From NCBI GenBank assembly GCA_036172245.1, contig JAYWIR010000003.1, forward strand, positions 1,116,001 through 1,180,000: 64,000 nt of DNA, given 5' to 3'. The notes under the pieces are model-generated. The model saw only the letters and a program-made list of their open reading frames with translations, was not told where the DNA came from and made no database searches. Both the position numbers and the translations under genes were made by a program. Shown here piece by piece: positions 1-10,390 of the stretch; the first letter of the stretch is position 1; each line of letters opens with the position of its first letter. This stretch comes from Raillietiella orientalis (lineage: Eukaryota).

Positions 1-3000
1 GCAGTACCGCAGCAAGGGAGCTTCTTTCTGCCCACGCTCTCCTTCGGGGGCACGGCTCGCCGATCGGGCACTCCTTCCGCTCACCCAATGTTCGCAGGGT
101 CGGCAGGCGCACAAGAAGCGTTTCGAAGATGAGCGAGTAAACGCGTTGGACCACGCTCCTCGGATCGAGGTCCCTGCCGAGAAAGCGATGCCGGCGACCA
201 GGCCGAAGACAGGAGCTACGAAGGAAACGGTCAGAAAGAAGAAAAGGAAATGAAGAAAATAAAAGAAAGTGAATGCAAGTCGAAGCTTCGACAAAGGAAG
301 GCTGCCTGCTTCGGAACGTCCTCTGCATGGATGTCCTTCCAAGAATGCAGGCAAGTTCATGCTTCCCACATGGGGTTTCTTCGATGACGACAAGAGAAAG
401 CGGACCGCAGCAAGGCTGTCGTCGTCGCCTGTCTCGACGGCGCTGCAGGCAGCTGCAATCCCTCGCAGGAAGCACAGAGCTGCCAGGGATGCGGCCGGCG
501 GCAGGACATCACGTACGAACAAGGGTGCCGAATGCTTTTCACAGTTGCTTCTGCAGGTGGCTGGGATCGCGTCCGAGCGCTCCCATCACGTCCGAAGGGG
601 AACACCATCCGCGAGCAGCTGCGGGAGAGATTCCCGTTCTGCAGAAATTACTGCAGTTCGCGTCCACACCCCTCTCCAGCTCGGATCCCATGATGACGAG
701 AAGCGCCGCACGAGAGACACCAGTGCAAATACAGTATCGCGGACTCCAGCAGTTCAGTAAGGAAGTGTGGGTGTTCCGGAGCAGTGGGGGCCAATCGAGA
801 CCCTGCAGGGGTATTTCGAGCAGCTCACTCGACGACGAGAGTCGTGTAAGAGGGGCACTCGGCCTCCGTTTGGATACCGTTCGCGGGGTGCTAAGGAATC
901 CCACCGCCTCCCCTTGTCAGATGAGTGAGTCGCCGTAGGATGACTGTGCGCCTCCGGACTTGGCTTCGGCGCCGCCTCGGCAAGAACGAGCGTCCTTCGC
1001 GATTAGCATGCGTCCACCTGGCCAATGCCGTCCGTCAAAGTCGTCGGATCGTTCGCTCCCAAGGCAGGAGCACTCAAGTCCTTCTGGCGGAATCGGCACC
1101 TCGCCGTGCTCGAAAAGGCTTTGCGGAGGTGGTCGTCGGTCTGCTTGTCAACTTCGCCGGGGGCGGTAGCACAAACAAGACGCAGGGAGTGGAGCACTCG
1201 CACCGTGGGCCGTTCCAGAAATGGAAGCTCGCCCTGTTGCAACAGATGGTGCGCGAGCTCGCTCTTCTGAAGGCGGTTGGACCCCACTTTCGGTGAAGGG
1301 AATTCCTGAGACGAGGCGCCGAGGAATTTCAGACACGCACCCCTAGAAATCCGTTTTCGTCGCCGAGCCCACGCCAGACCCACACCAACCACAGACCTCA
1401 TTTCTCCGTTTCGCTTGAGGAACGTTTCGCGTTTTCTAAGCCCGAGGGACGCTGCGGGAGCTGACGCTGCATTGGACCCGCGTTTAGCAGCGTATATCGC
1501 GGGCGTAGCGAAGTACGAACTCTTCAAAGAAGGCAGAGTCTGCCTGCATGCCCTCTGCATCTACTGGAAACAGATATTCGAGAGGAGGGGGCTCTGACTG
1601 TCACTCTGTAGCACGCCGTACCTCGGTTGCGCGCTTTCCACGTCCTCAACTACGAAGGACAGACCCATGAGCTCTCAGAAGCAAGTTGAGCGTCGCAGAT
1701 AAGCCCTTGAAAGGTTGTACAGCCCATGCCTTCCGGATGTCTCCGGGGAAGCGCCCGGTCGACTCTGTCGAAGGCTTTACGCAAATCAACTGCGACTTCC
1801 AAGACCCCAGTTCCCTACCCTGACGACCGTGAGCAGGAGCGGGCGACGAGTGCGGTGGAGGAAGGTGGGAAGCAGTAGCGCGAGACAACCGGCAAGAGGA
1901 AGCCGCCGGCTTAAACCACTTAAGCCGCTGGCGAGCTCGAACGTCGGGCTCCAGGTCGCCGACCGGCGCGCGCTGCTCCGCTCACCCGCAGGCTCGCAGC
2001 TGGATGGTGGTGCAGGCGGCGTCGGCTTTCGCGTCGTCCACCGACGCCGGTAGATGCAGCTCGCGTGGTGCCGTGCTGAGCAGCTGGCGGCGCAGCCGAG
2101 GGCTCGGTTTGTGCGACAACCGCGGAAGGATGGTTGCAGATGCACGGAGGGGATGGATGGACGGCCCTTTCCGGGGGGGAACGCGTCCGAGGTGAGCATG
2201 CCTGAAGGCGCGACAGTTCGACGTGGGATGGAGACTCGTCTGCGTTGCAGTGGCCCCCGGCCGGCGCTTTGCGTGCGATCCACGGGACCGGGAGGAAAAA
2301 TGCTTCGAGGTTGAGATGCGCGTTTCCGACGTCGCCATCTGGAACCAGTGGCGCGCCGTGTGCCCGGGCGACGCACGCAGCAGCGAAGAGAGCGGCGAGC
2401 GACCGACGTGCCGGGGACCAGGCAGCGGGAAGGAGGAGCAGCTGCGCAGAGGCAGCTTTTCGCGAAACGTCAACATCTCCTTAAAAGTGGATCTATCAAT
2501 TATCTGAGTTTGATATTCCTGGATGCATCGGATCATCGCAGCAGCGCTGACCGCCCATGCAAAGTTCCGCGTGGGACGCGAGGATGCGCGCCGCGCTTCC
2601 CTTCACCTCGCGTTGCCACGCTGCTTGCCTGTCTAGGACACCGTCAGCGTCCCTGCCGCCGGGATGGTCCGCGTGATGGCGGACGTAGAAGCTGGGAGAG
2701 GGCGCGGCAGCGCAGCCAGACGCGCAGCCTGTACGAGAAGACGATGGCTCTGGCGATGTGAAAAGCGCTGTTGCCACCCGAAGACGCCATGGGACAGCTC
2801 GACCGCCTTGCGAAGTGGCGTCGACTCCCTCGACAGTTGAGCGCGCAGAGCACGTCTCAAGAGCATCGCGAATGCGACTCGTGCGATTAGCCGAAGAGCG
2901 AGCGCGTGTGGTGCAGCGCGGTCCTGCCATCCGCCACGTGACTTCGGATGCCACGCGCATGCGACGGACGCACCCGGTCATGTATAACGCGGGAAGGTGA

Positions 3001-6000
3001 AGCAGGAGGGTCATCAGCGCTGAGCATTCGTGAGCCTGTTCGTGGCGGTGACCTGCGGCTGCAGACTTCGGGACGTGACCTCCTTAACATCCTCGTTTCG
3101 TTGACTAGTAAGCAGTGCGCCTCCAAGCAGTAACCGGGAGGAAAGTTGTCGCACGATTTCGGGAAGCGCGGGACGCCGAGCCCGTCCCACGCGCTACTTT
3201 GCGTGCCGAGTGCCGTCCCGACGCGAAGTTCGAGAGGAACACCTGAAAGGATGGATGGCAGAAGCGAAGGCCTATCGGTGGCATGGACGGTTGGATAAGG
3301 TGAATGGATGGTGGAAGGTGTGAATGTGGTGGCCACGAACGCACTGGGAAGGAGATCGAGATCTTCAAGGTTTAGCAGCAGCCGCATGTGGGTTCCACGC
3401 GTGGTAGGACACTTGGGAAGTGATGAGTGGGTAACCGCATCTGAGGGATCATAGCCTGGATCCTTGGGAAACTTGCCTTCCGGTTTTGTGGTATCCAAGG
3501 ATGGAGAGGAACGGTGCCAAGATTCAGCGGTCAAACGGAGCAGAGGAAAACGGCCTACGTGCGCATTGACGTTTTCAGCCGGTCAGGCCGGGGCGTTTAT
3601 TAAAAAACCTTTGATATTTGCGGTACAAGGCCCCGCTGCCGCCAATAGCACTAGAGAGCTGCCGGGTGGTCGGTGCACAGACCGACTTGACACGCCCCGT
3701 CAGCGGAAGGGGTTGGGGAAAAAAACAAAATAAAAATAAAAAAAAAAAAAAAAAAAAAACAATTGTCCTTTGGAGGGCAGGGAAGGGTTCACGGTCCGCT
3801 GCGTGGAGGTTCCATCCTTTGCAGGATGCCGACGAGGTCCTTCTGCAGATTTCCCAGGTGGGGCCAACGGGTTGCTATTCGCAGAAAGCGAGCTGCATAC
3901 TCCATGACATCCCTTCCGTTTCCATCTTCTGCTTCGTCAGATCCACTCCAACCCGCCACGAGGTCTCGGATGCAGCAGAATGCTGCCACGGGTGCGGCTG
4001 GACTGAGGGCGTCCCGCACGAAGGGAAGACTGTAAACGCCTCTGGGGTTGCCATCATCCGGTATCCCGAGGGCCGTTCCAAGACGATCCCAAAGAATCCG
4101 GAGGGCAGGGCAGTCAACAAGGAGGTGGGGGGAGGGACTCCCGCTCCCCACACCTGGCACACGTAGGATTTACTCTTCCCCGCGTCCAGTGGAAGCGGCG
4201 CGCGTTGCAGGGTAGACCCCAATGCCCCCACAGAAGCGACGACTCTTGCCACTTCAGGGGAAGAATCCTGGATCCAATTAGTACCGGGGGCCACTTCAGG
4301 TCATCCGACCGGATGCCGAGCAGCTCGCCCCAGTTTTTCAATCCTTGCGGAAGGACGCTCTGGGTCGTGGCGTCCGCCAGCTGTCTCATGGTCCAACCGC
4401 TCATTAGCTTTTCTCTGCCTGCGATACGGCAAGAGACTTGCCACCTCGGCGTCCGGCTGCTGACGAGGGCCCTCCGTAGGAAGGGCAGCACCGTCGCTAC
4501 GCAGGTCGTCTCTGCCCACGTGCTCCTGGCTGGACACTCCAGGATCTCGCGAAGAGTGCAGCGGACGTATCGGGCGCGTCGCAGGCTATTCCACCTCTCG
4601 TGGCTCCTCTGATTAACTACCGCTTACGTGCCAACCGTTTCTTCCAGTCATGCGCTGGAGTTGACGGGACTGCAGATCAGCCACGCATTCTCCCTTGCCA
4701 GGGTGGCTACTCGTCCGAGGAGCAGGCCGCATCTTCGTATCTTCCGGCCGGAGCACAGAAGATAGGACGCTAGTCCTTGCGTCCTGGAGACACGGCTGGC
4801 AAGAAGGCGGGCCGGAACGCACCAAGGGGTGCTCCACAACTTCGCTGCGATGGCCAAGGTTCGCCATCGCAGCGGAATTTCCATGCGCTCCAGCGTCAGG
4901 AGGCCTAGACCACCATCTCGACGCGGAGCGCTCAAGTCCATCAAAGGGATTCGGGGCCTCCCCTTGCCCCAAAGGGCGATGCGGAGGAGGTCCTCTCGTC
5001 CTCTTCTTAATTTCCACGGGGAAGGGGCAAACGAAAAGGGGCGGAGGATGGGGGCCGCAAACGCGTTCCATACCGCAGCCCGTTCCGTCGAGTGGAACTT
5101 GCCTTCCAGGAACGGGCCGATCGCCAACTCCACTTTCTGGAGACGGCCTGACCAGGCTTGTGACGGGCTGAAGTCGCCTAGCGGAACGCCAAGGCACTTC
5201 AAATACCCGCCTGGTGGGATCCCAAAGCGGATTCAATGAGGCCGTCCTACCCACGTCGCTCCAACTGCCACCACCGACGATTTTACCCTGTTAACCCGCA
5301 GCCGCGTCCCACGGCTTAGCAGATCGAAGAAACATTCGACTGCCGTTGTCGGGGCGGACATGGGGAGCAGGAGCAGAAGATCGTCGGCATATGCGGACAC
5401 GGCAGGCGTGCCGGGGCACGAGCTTGGCAAGGCAGCCAAAGTCATCCTGTATGCTCTCAGCACCAACTCGAAGTAGGTGCTAAATAGCAGGGGACTGAGG
5501 CTATCACCCTGCCGTATCCCGCGGCGCACCGGCACGCCGTACACGTTTTGCCCTCTGAAAGAGATGTTAGTCAGCGCGGCGCGCCAGCAGGAGCGCAGGT
5601 ACGCCATTAAGGAAGGTGGGAAGCCCATTCAATGCAGAAGCTCCAGAAGAAGCCCCTGGTCCACGCAGTCGACCGCCTTATGGAGATCGAATGCGATCGC
5701 TAGGGCACCCTTGCCCACCCGGCTGTCCCCACCCTGACCAGGGGTCTCCTCCAAATTTGGGTTTCCGACAGTTCCCTTCCGCTCTTTAACTTCGCATTGC
5801 ACATGAAACCATGTACTGGCGAAGAACAGGTTAGCCTCCATACTTCGCCCGGGAACAGCGTATGTCTGCTCCGGGCTAATTACGGATTCGGCTATCTGTC
5901 CGTGCCGCGCAGCCCACAGTTTCGCCACCAACTTGACGTCCGTATTCACGACAGTGATCGGACGCCAGTTGGTTAGCTTACGGAGGTCTCCTCCCTCAGG

Positions 6001-6210
6001 AAGGAGCCTCATCCTAGCTGACCGGAACGAGGCGGGAACATTGCCTTCCCGGATCAGCTGTGTCAACCTAAGCACCAAGGGCGTCGCCTCTGCCGCGAAA
6101 CTTTGAAAAAACTCCGCGGGAAGGCCGTCCTCTCCTGGTGCCTTCCGCCTCTTGAGCCTTTTTATCGCGGTGATGATTTCACCGGTTGTAAAAGGCTCGT
6201 CGAGGCTTTC
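1..6210. repeat. Left arm of a large near-perfect inverted repeat (partner 17416-23625); probably continues beyond the window start
   Basis: ORFs in 1-6200 have mirror ORFs with coordinates summing to 23626 (e.g. 269..760+ / 22866..23357-). Identity stops at 6210/17416 (cgaggctttc / gaaagcctcg). Confidence 0.97.
1850..2760 (+). pseudogene. Very old, degenerate non-LTR reverse transcriptase relic; dispersed repeat also at ~14240-15020(-), ~20866-21776(-) and ~31712-31996(+)
   Basis: Nucleotide repeat seen in four places. Translated pieces are colinear with ORF2 at 10768-12246: KCFEVEMRVSDVAIWNQWRAV ~ SSYESRMRLLPKGGDLTQVAQWRPI; DVPGTR..AQ..LSLIFLD ~ AVPGRR..AQ..LVLVFTD; WERARQ ~ MERGVRQ. The repeat is certain; the RT origin is by-eye inference. 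Confidence 0.6.
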
Positions 6211-6990
6211 TTTCTCTTCCTCCCCTATGACCGGAACTCCTTCCGGGAGCAACAGTCGCGAGGCGTCCTGCTCGGGAGGCGCCCTGGCATACAGGGAGGA
6301 ATAAAACTTTCTCAGCATGTGTCGAATCGCTGACGGGGCCGAGTGTTCGCTGTCCTGGTCGTGCAGCAGGGTGGGCGGCCCGGACTGCCAAGCTTGGCGC
6401 TCAGCCCCGGCTCGGTAGTCGGCCAGGCGACGGACGTTGGGGGTTCTCGCGTAACGACGGGCGTATAGATACGCCCTTTCGTTGCGAGTTCCTTCCCCAA
6501 ACCCGGAGGGTAGGCGCCTTAGGGGAATCTCCTCACAGAACTCGCGGACCGAACGCTTGAAAACGTCCCAATCCTCGAGATTCCGGTTGGTGACGCCTCA
6601 GGAATTGGCGGAGATGATCCGCCGCACCTGGGAGCCTCGTCCAATCCCCCGGTAGACGCCACGCCCTGGATGGGGGTCCTTTATTGCGTGGCCAGACATC
6701 GAACATCAGACGGAAATGGTCCGACAGCGTCGACAGGAGCCTTCCTCGTATACCGACTCGAGAACACATGTCGTGGTCGAGGAAAACGTGGTCGATGCTG
6801 TTCTTCATTTCCGGGTGTCCCTCCATCAAGTTGCGCGCGGGCATGGCGGAGCACAACTCGATCGGCACGTTCTTTTGCGTGCAGCACGCACCTGAGAGCA
6901 GGCGGAGGTTAAAGTACCCGGCTATCAGGTGTGCCTTGGAGAAGCCGAAAAACGTTTCTGGGAGGGTTACCTTCCACGTTCCCTTGGACC
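3572..6990 (-). mobile_element. 5'-truncated Tx1/L1-clade non-LTR retrotransposon (family B): partial APE endonuclease, RT, C-terminal zinc-binding region and 3' UTR; disrupted
   Basis: Endonuclease motifs LIAGYFN, IDHVFL, SDHF. RT motifs KAPGEDG, WRPITVVNTD, FDLHKAVDCVD, GIRQGDSLSPLLF, AYADDL. C-terminal HWGLPCNARR..CARC..HLLVDC. T-rich 3' UTR ending AATAAA-hairpin-AAAA. Several in-frame stops and frameshifts. Confidence 0.92.
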
Positions 6991-8314
6991 GTTCCTAGAC
7001 GATCCCAAAGAGGCCGGAGGGCAGGGCAGTCAACTAGGAGGTGGGGGGAAGGACTCCCGCTCCCCATACCTGGCACACGCAGGATTCACTCTTCCCCGCG
7101 TCCAGTGGAAGCAACGCGCGTTGCAGGGTAGACCCCAATGCCCCCACAGAAGCGCCGACTCTTGCCACTTCAGGGGAAGAATCCTGGATGCAATTAGTAC
7201 CGGGGGCCACTTCAGGTCATCCGACCGGATGCCGAGCAGCTCGCCACATCTTCTTAATCCACTCGGCTGGACACTAGGGGTCGTAGCTTCTGTCAGCTCT
7301 CCCATGGTCCAGCCGCTCATCATCTGTCTGCCTGCGATACGGCAGAAGACTTGTTACCTCGGCTTCTGGCTTTCGTGAAGCGCCCTTTGGAGGAAGGGCA
7401 TCGCTGTAGCAAGGGGTGTCCTTTCCGCCCACGTGCAACTCGCTGCAAATTGAAGAATTTCACGCAGAGTGTGGCGGGCGTAGAAGCCGACTCGCAGGCA
7501 GTTCCACGTCTCGCGGTTTCTTTCATTTATCTTCGCCCACGTGGCAGCAGTCTCCTCCAGCCATGCGGAGGAGTTGGCGGGGCTACAAACCATCCAGCCG
7601 TTGTCCTTAGCCAAGTTGGACATGCGTCCAAGGAGTAGTTCGCATGTTCGTATCTTCCGGCCGGAGCACAGAAGATAAGACGCTAGTCCTTGCGTCCTGG
7701 AGACACGGCTGGCAAGAAGGCGGGCCGGAACGCACCAAGGGGTGCTCCACAACTTCGCTGCGATGGCCAACGTGCGCCATCGCAGCTGGATTTCCAAGCG
7801 CGCCAGCGTCAGGAGACCAAGACCGCCGTCCCGACGCGGAGCGCATAAATCCTTCAGAGGCACTCTAGGCCTCCCTTTGCCCCAGAGGGCGATGCGGAGT
7901 AGGTCCTTGGTCCTCTTCTTCAACTGGGGGGGAACGGGGCAAACAAAAAGCAGGGGGCGAAGGATGGGAGCCGCGAACGCGTTCCATACCGCGGCCCGTT
8001 CCGGCAAGTGGAACTTGCCGTTCAGGAACGGGCGGATCGCCAAATCCACATTCTGAAGACGGCCTGACCATGCTTCTGACGGGCAGAAGTCCCCCAGCGG
8101 AACGCCAAGGTACTTCAGATGTGTGCCAGTCGAGATCCCCAGGCGGATCCAGTCAGGCCGTCCTACCCACGTCGCTCCAACTGCCACCACCGACGACTTT
8201 GCCTTGTTTACCCGCAGTCCCGTCCCGTGGAGTAACACATCGAGGAAATCCTCGACTACGACTGCCGGGGTCGACATGGGTAACATCAGCAGAAGATCAT
8301 CGACGTAAGCGGAC
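6991..8314 (-). mobile_element. Second family-B copy: 3' part of RT (from the YVDD motif) to the zinc-binding region; 3'-truncated and interrupted at 8314 by the full-length element
   Basis: ORF 7354..8286 is a close paralogue of 4648-5628 (GTGLRVNKAKSS, KYLGVPLG, RRDGGLGL). It resumes at 14046-14240 on the other side of the insertion. Confidence 0.92.
8299..8314. repeat. Target-site duplication, left copy (ATCGACGTAAGCGGAC)
   Basis: Identical 16-mer at 14046-14061. Removing the element plus one copy of the 16-mer restores GTG TCC GCT TAC GTC GAT GAT CTT (VSAYVDDL) on the minus strand. Confidence 0.93.
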
Positions 8315-8592
8315 GTAAGCCTTGCGCACGGGCAGTATCATAGGCGAGGAAGGCGACTGAGCCGTGATTATTGCTAGTTGAAAACTTTACCCAATACCCC
8401 GCCAAGGCAGTGAGTAACATCACTGCCGCGGCAATTTTTGCGTGCCCCGAGAGGGCAAGTGTTTTAAAAGGAAGTGTGGAAGTGACAGTGCCATCAAGGA
8501 CCATCTTCGCCAGCAGCAGCAGCAGCAACAGCCAGGAGTCCACAGTGGAAGAAGACCTGCGAACTTCGCCAGCGGCAGTTTCAGCCGCGACG

Positions 8593-10380
8593 ATGCAGGC
8601 AGGAGGAACGACGAGGAGGCCGACGTCCCCTGACAAGGTACAGTGCGGCGAAGGCGAGGAGGTGGCGATGCCGAGGATCGCGCCCGCGGCGGGAGTTGAC
8701 GCGCCTGCGGCGACGATGCCGAGGTTCGTGCCCGCGGCGACGACGGCGGAGGTCGTGCCCGCGGCGGCGACGCCGAGGATCGTGCCCGCGGCGGCAACGG
8801 CCGCGCCTGCGGCGGTGATGCCGGGGGTTCTGCCCGCGGCGGCGGTAGCAACGGCGAAGGTGGCAACGACGAGGGTTGCGCCCGCGGCGACGACATCCCA
8901 GGCGGGACCCGCGGGCGTCCACGCGGCACGCAGGGTGCCAGACGCGACGCCATCTTGCTCGGGTGCCCCAACACAGCATCCACTGAGCTATGCAGCAGCG
9001 GCGGCGGCGGCGAACACCTTCGTACGCCCCGTACGAGAATATGGAAAACCAAGGGTATTAATCCTTCAAGACGCCCCGGAATTGATGGCACCGGAGAAAG
9101 AAAATGTACGCATCATAACATTCAGAACTGGATTAATCCGCGTACATAATATTCGTGAGGTCTACTTCGCCCTGAATAGAGCCAACGTAGACTTCGACCG
9201 TGTACAGGCCATAATCCCGTGCGCGAGTGGCTTCAGCATCCACACGGATGACGAACAACTGGCAGATTCCCTTCTCGAACAGGGAATAAACATCAATGGT
9301 AGGGTGATACGGGGGCTAGGTGAGTTGTCCACCACAACCGTACACATTGCGGGTGTTAGCAGGCTAACCCCACAGAATGAGGTGTGGAGATTTCTTCAAC
9401 AGTTTGGGGAGATAAAGCAGGCGGCTTTCCCCAACATCGTGGAACAAGTGTTCTCAGGAGTAGGCTTCGCGAAAATGAAGCTGAAGGATGGTGCACAAAT
9501 TCCGGGAGTGTACCACCTGGACAATCATTCCCCGGAAGTAATGTTTCGGTACAAAATGCAACCGTCATTCTGTACCATTTGTAAAACATTCGGGCATCGA
9601 ATGACAGCGTGCACAAAAGCGCGCTGCTATCGTTGTAATAAGATCGGGCACTTAGCAAGACAGTGCCTTGAGCCGGAGGCGTGTTCTTTCTGCAAACTCC
9701 CTGGCCACGCCAAGTGGAATTGCGGAAAGTTTGAGGAGTGGAGGGCGTTGCGTGGTCTATCTCCCGTGCGAGAGAAACCACAAAAGCCGGTCGAAGAGCC
9801 GAAAAGAAATGTTGCGGAGAAGGCGAGGAGAACCATCGAAGTCCCTCTTATATCGGAGGACGGCTTCGTGGCAGTAAAGAAGAAGGGGAAGAGAAGGATG
9901 CTCGAGAACGAGCATCAAGACTCCGAAAAACCCCAAGAAATAGCGGAAGAAGGCGAGAAGGCGGAAGAACAAGAAGTGGCGGTGGCGGATAACCCCGCCC
10001 CGACATCGCAGGAAGACCTGCAAATAGTTCAGGAAATGGACAACCTGTCGAAGGAAGTCCAGCAGAAACCAGAACAGGTCGAACACGAACAACTTTTACG
10101 TCGTTTGTGTGAAGTCCAAGAAGACATCAGCAAAATAGTAGAAACAAAACAACGCGATAAGATGGAAAGGCAGATTCTTGCTGTTAAGCAGGATTATTGT
10201 GCGATGGTGAGTTTAGAAACACTCCCACGCAAAATTGTAGAGAAGGCGGAATGCCCAGCAGAAGTAGAAACGACAGACTTAACCGGCACCGAGAGCGATG
10301 CTGGAAGTGAGAAACCATCTGCTGCCGGGAGAACGAAAAGATCTCCCAGGCAGATGAAAACGAGAAAAGGCAAAAAGTAA
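8593..10380 (+). CDS. Retrotransposon ORF1 (gag-like nucleic-acid-binding protein): Ala/Pro-rich N-terminus, RRM-like region, three CCHC zinc knuckles, charged C-terminus; frame intact
   Basis: CTICKTFGHRMTAC, CYRCNKIGHLARQC, CSFCKLPGHAKWNC; TTVHIAGV..EVWRFLQQFGEI is RRM-like. First ATG at 8593; the frame is open from 8344. Confidence 0.9.
   Translation: MQAGGTTRRPTSPDKVQCGEGEEVAMPRIAPAAGVDAPAATMPRFVPAATTAEVVPAAATPRIVPAAATAAPAAVMPGVLPAAAVATAKVATTRVAPAATTSQAGPAGVHAARRVPDATPSCSGAPTQHPLSYAAAAAAANTFVRPVREYGKPRVLILQDAPELMAPEKENVRIITFRTGLIRVHNIREVYFALNRANVDFDRVQAIIPCASGFSIHTDDEQLADSLLEQGININGRVIRGLGELSTTTVHIAGVSRLTPQNEVWRFLQQFGEIKQAAFPNIVEQVFSGVGFAKMKLKDGAQIPGVYHLDNHSPEVMFRYKMQPSFCTICKTFGHRMTACTKARCYRCNKIGHLARQCLEPEACSFCKLPGHAKWNCGKFEEWRALRGLSPVREKPQKPVEEPKRNVAEKARRTIEVPLISEDGFVAVKKKGKRRMLENEHQDSEKPQEIAEEGEKAEEQEVAVADNPAPTSQEDLQIVQEMDNLSKEVQQKPEQVEHEQLLRRLCEVQEDISKIVETKQRDKMERQILAVKQDYCAMVSLETLPRKIVEKAECPAEVETTDLTGTESDAGSEKPSAAGRTKRSPRQMKTRKGKK
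8668..8900 (+). repeat. Imperfect coding minisatellite in ORF1 (about six [M/T]PR[I/F][A/V]PAAA-type units)
   Basis: Recurrent ccgaggatcg/gttcgtgcccgcggcggcg motif encoding MPRIAPAA, MPRFVPAA, AEVVPAAA, TPRIVPAAA, MPGVLPAAA, TTRVAPAA. Confidence 0.8.
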
Positions 10381-10390
10381 GATCCCCTAC

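Noticed and set aside
269..3534. Many overlapping 60-220-aa ORFs in the GC-rich block (also 24900-27500 and 30300-35400)
   Set aside because: Arg/Ala/Pro/Ser-rich shadow ORFs expected from high GC content; no motifs beyond scattered decayed TE peptides.
3720..3760. A-rich tract read as the poly(A) tail of a plus-strand element or retrogene
   Set aside because: It is the T-rich tract inside the 3' UTR of the minus-strand family-B element; an equivalent T-rich tract follows ORF2 at ~24340-24370.
8315..8370. Possible HDV-like ribozyme at the 5' end of the full-length element (ccttgc/gcgagg and cacgg/ccgtg could form a pseudoknot)
   Set aside because: No P3/L3 with the conserved CC for P1.1 and no clear catalytic junction; short pairings like these arise by chance in GC-rich DNA.
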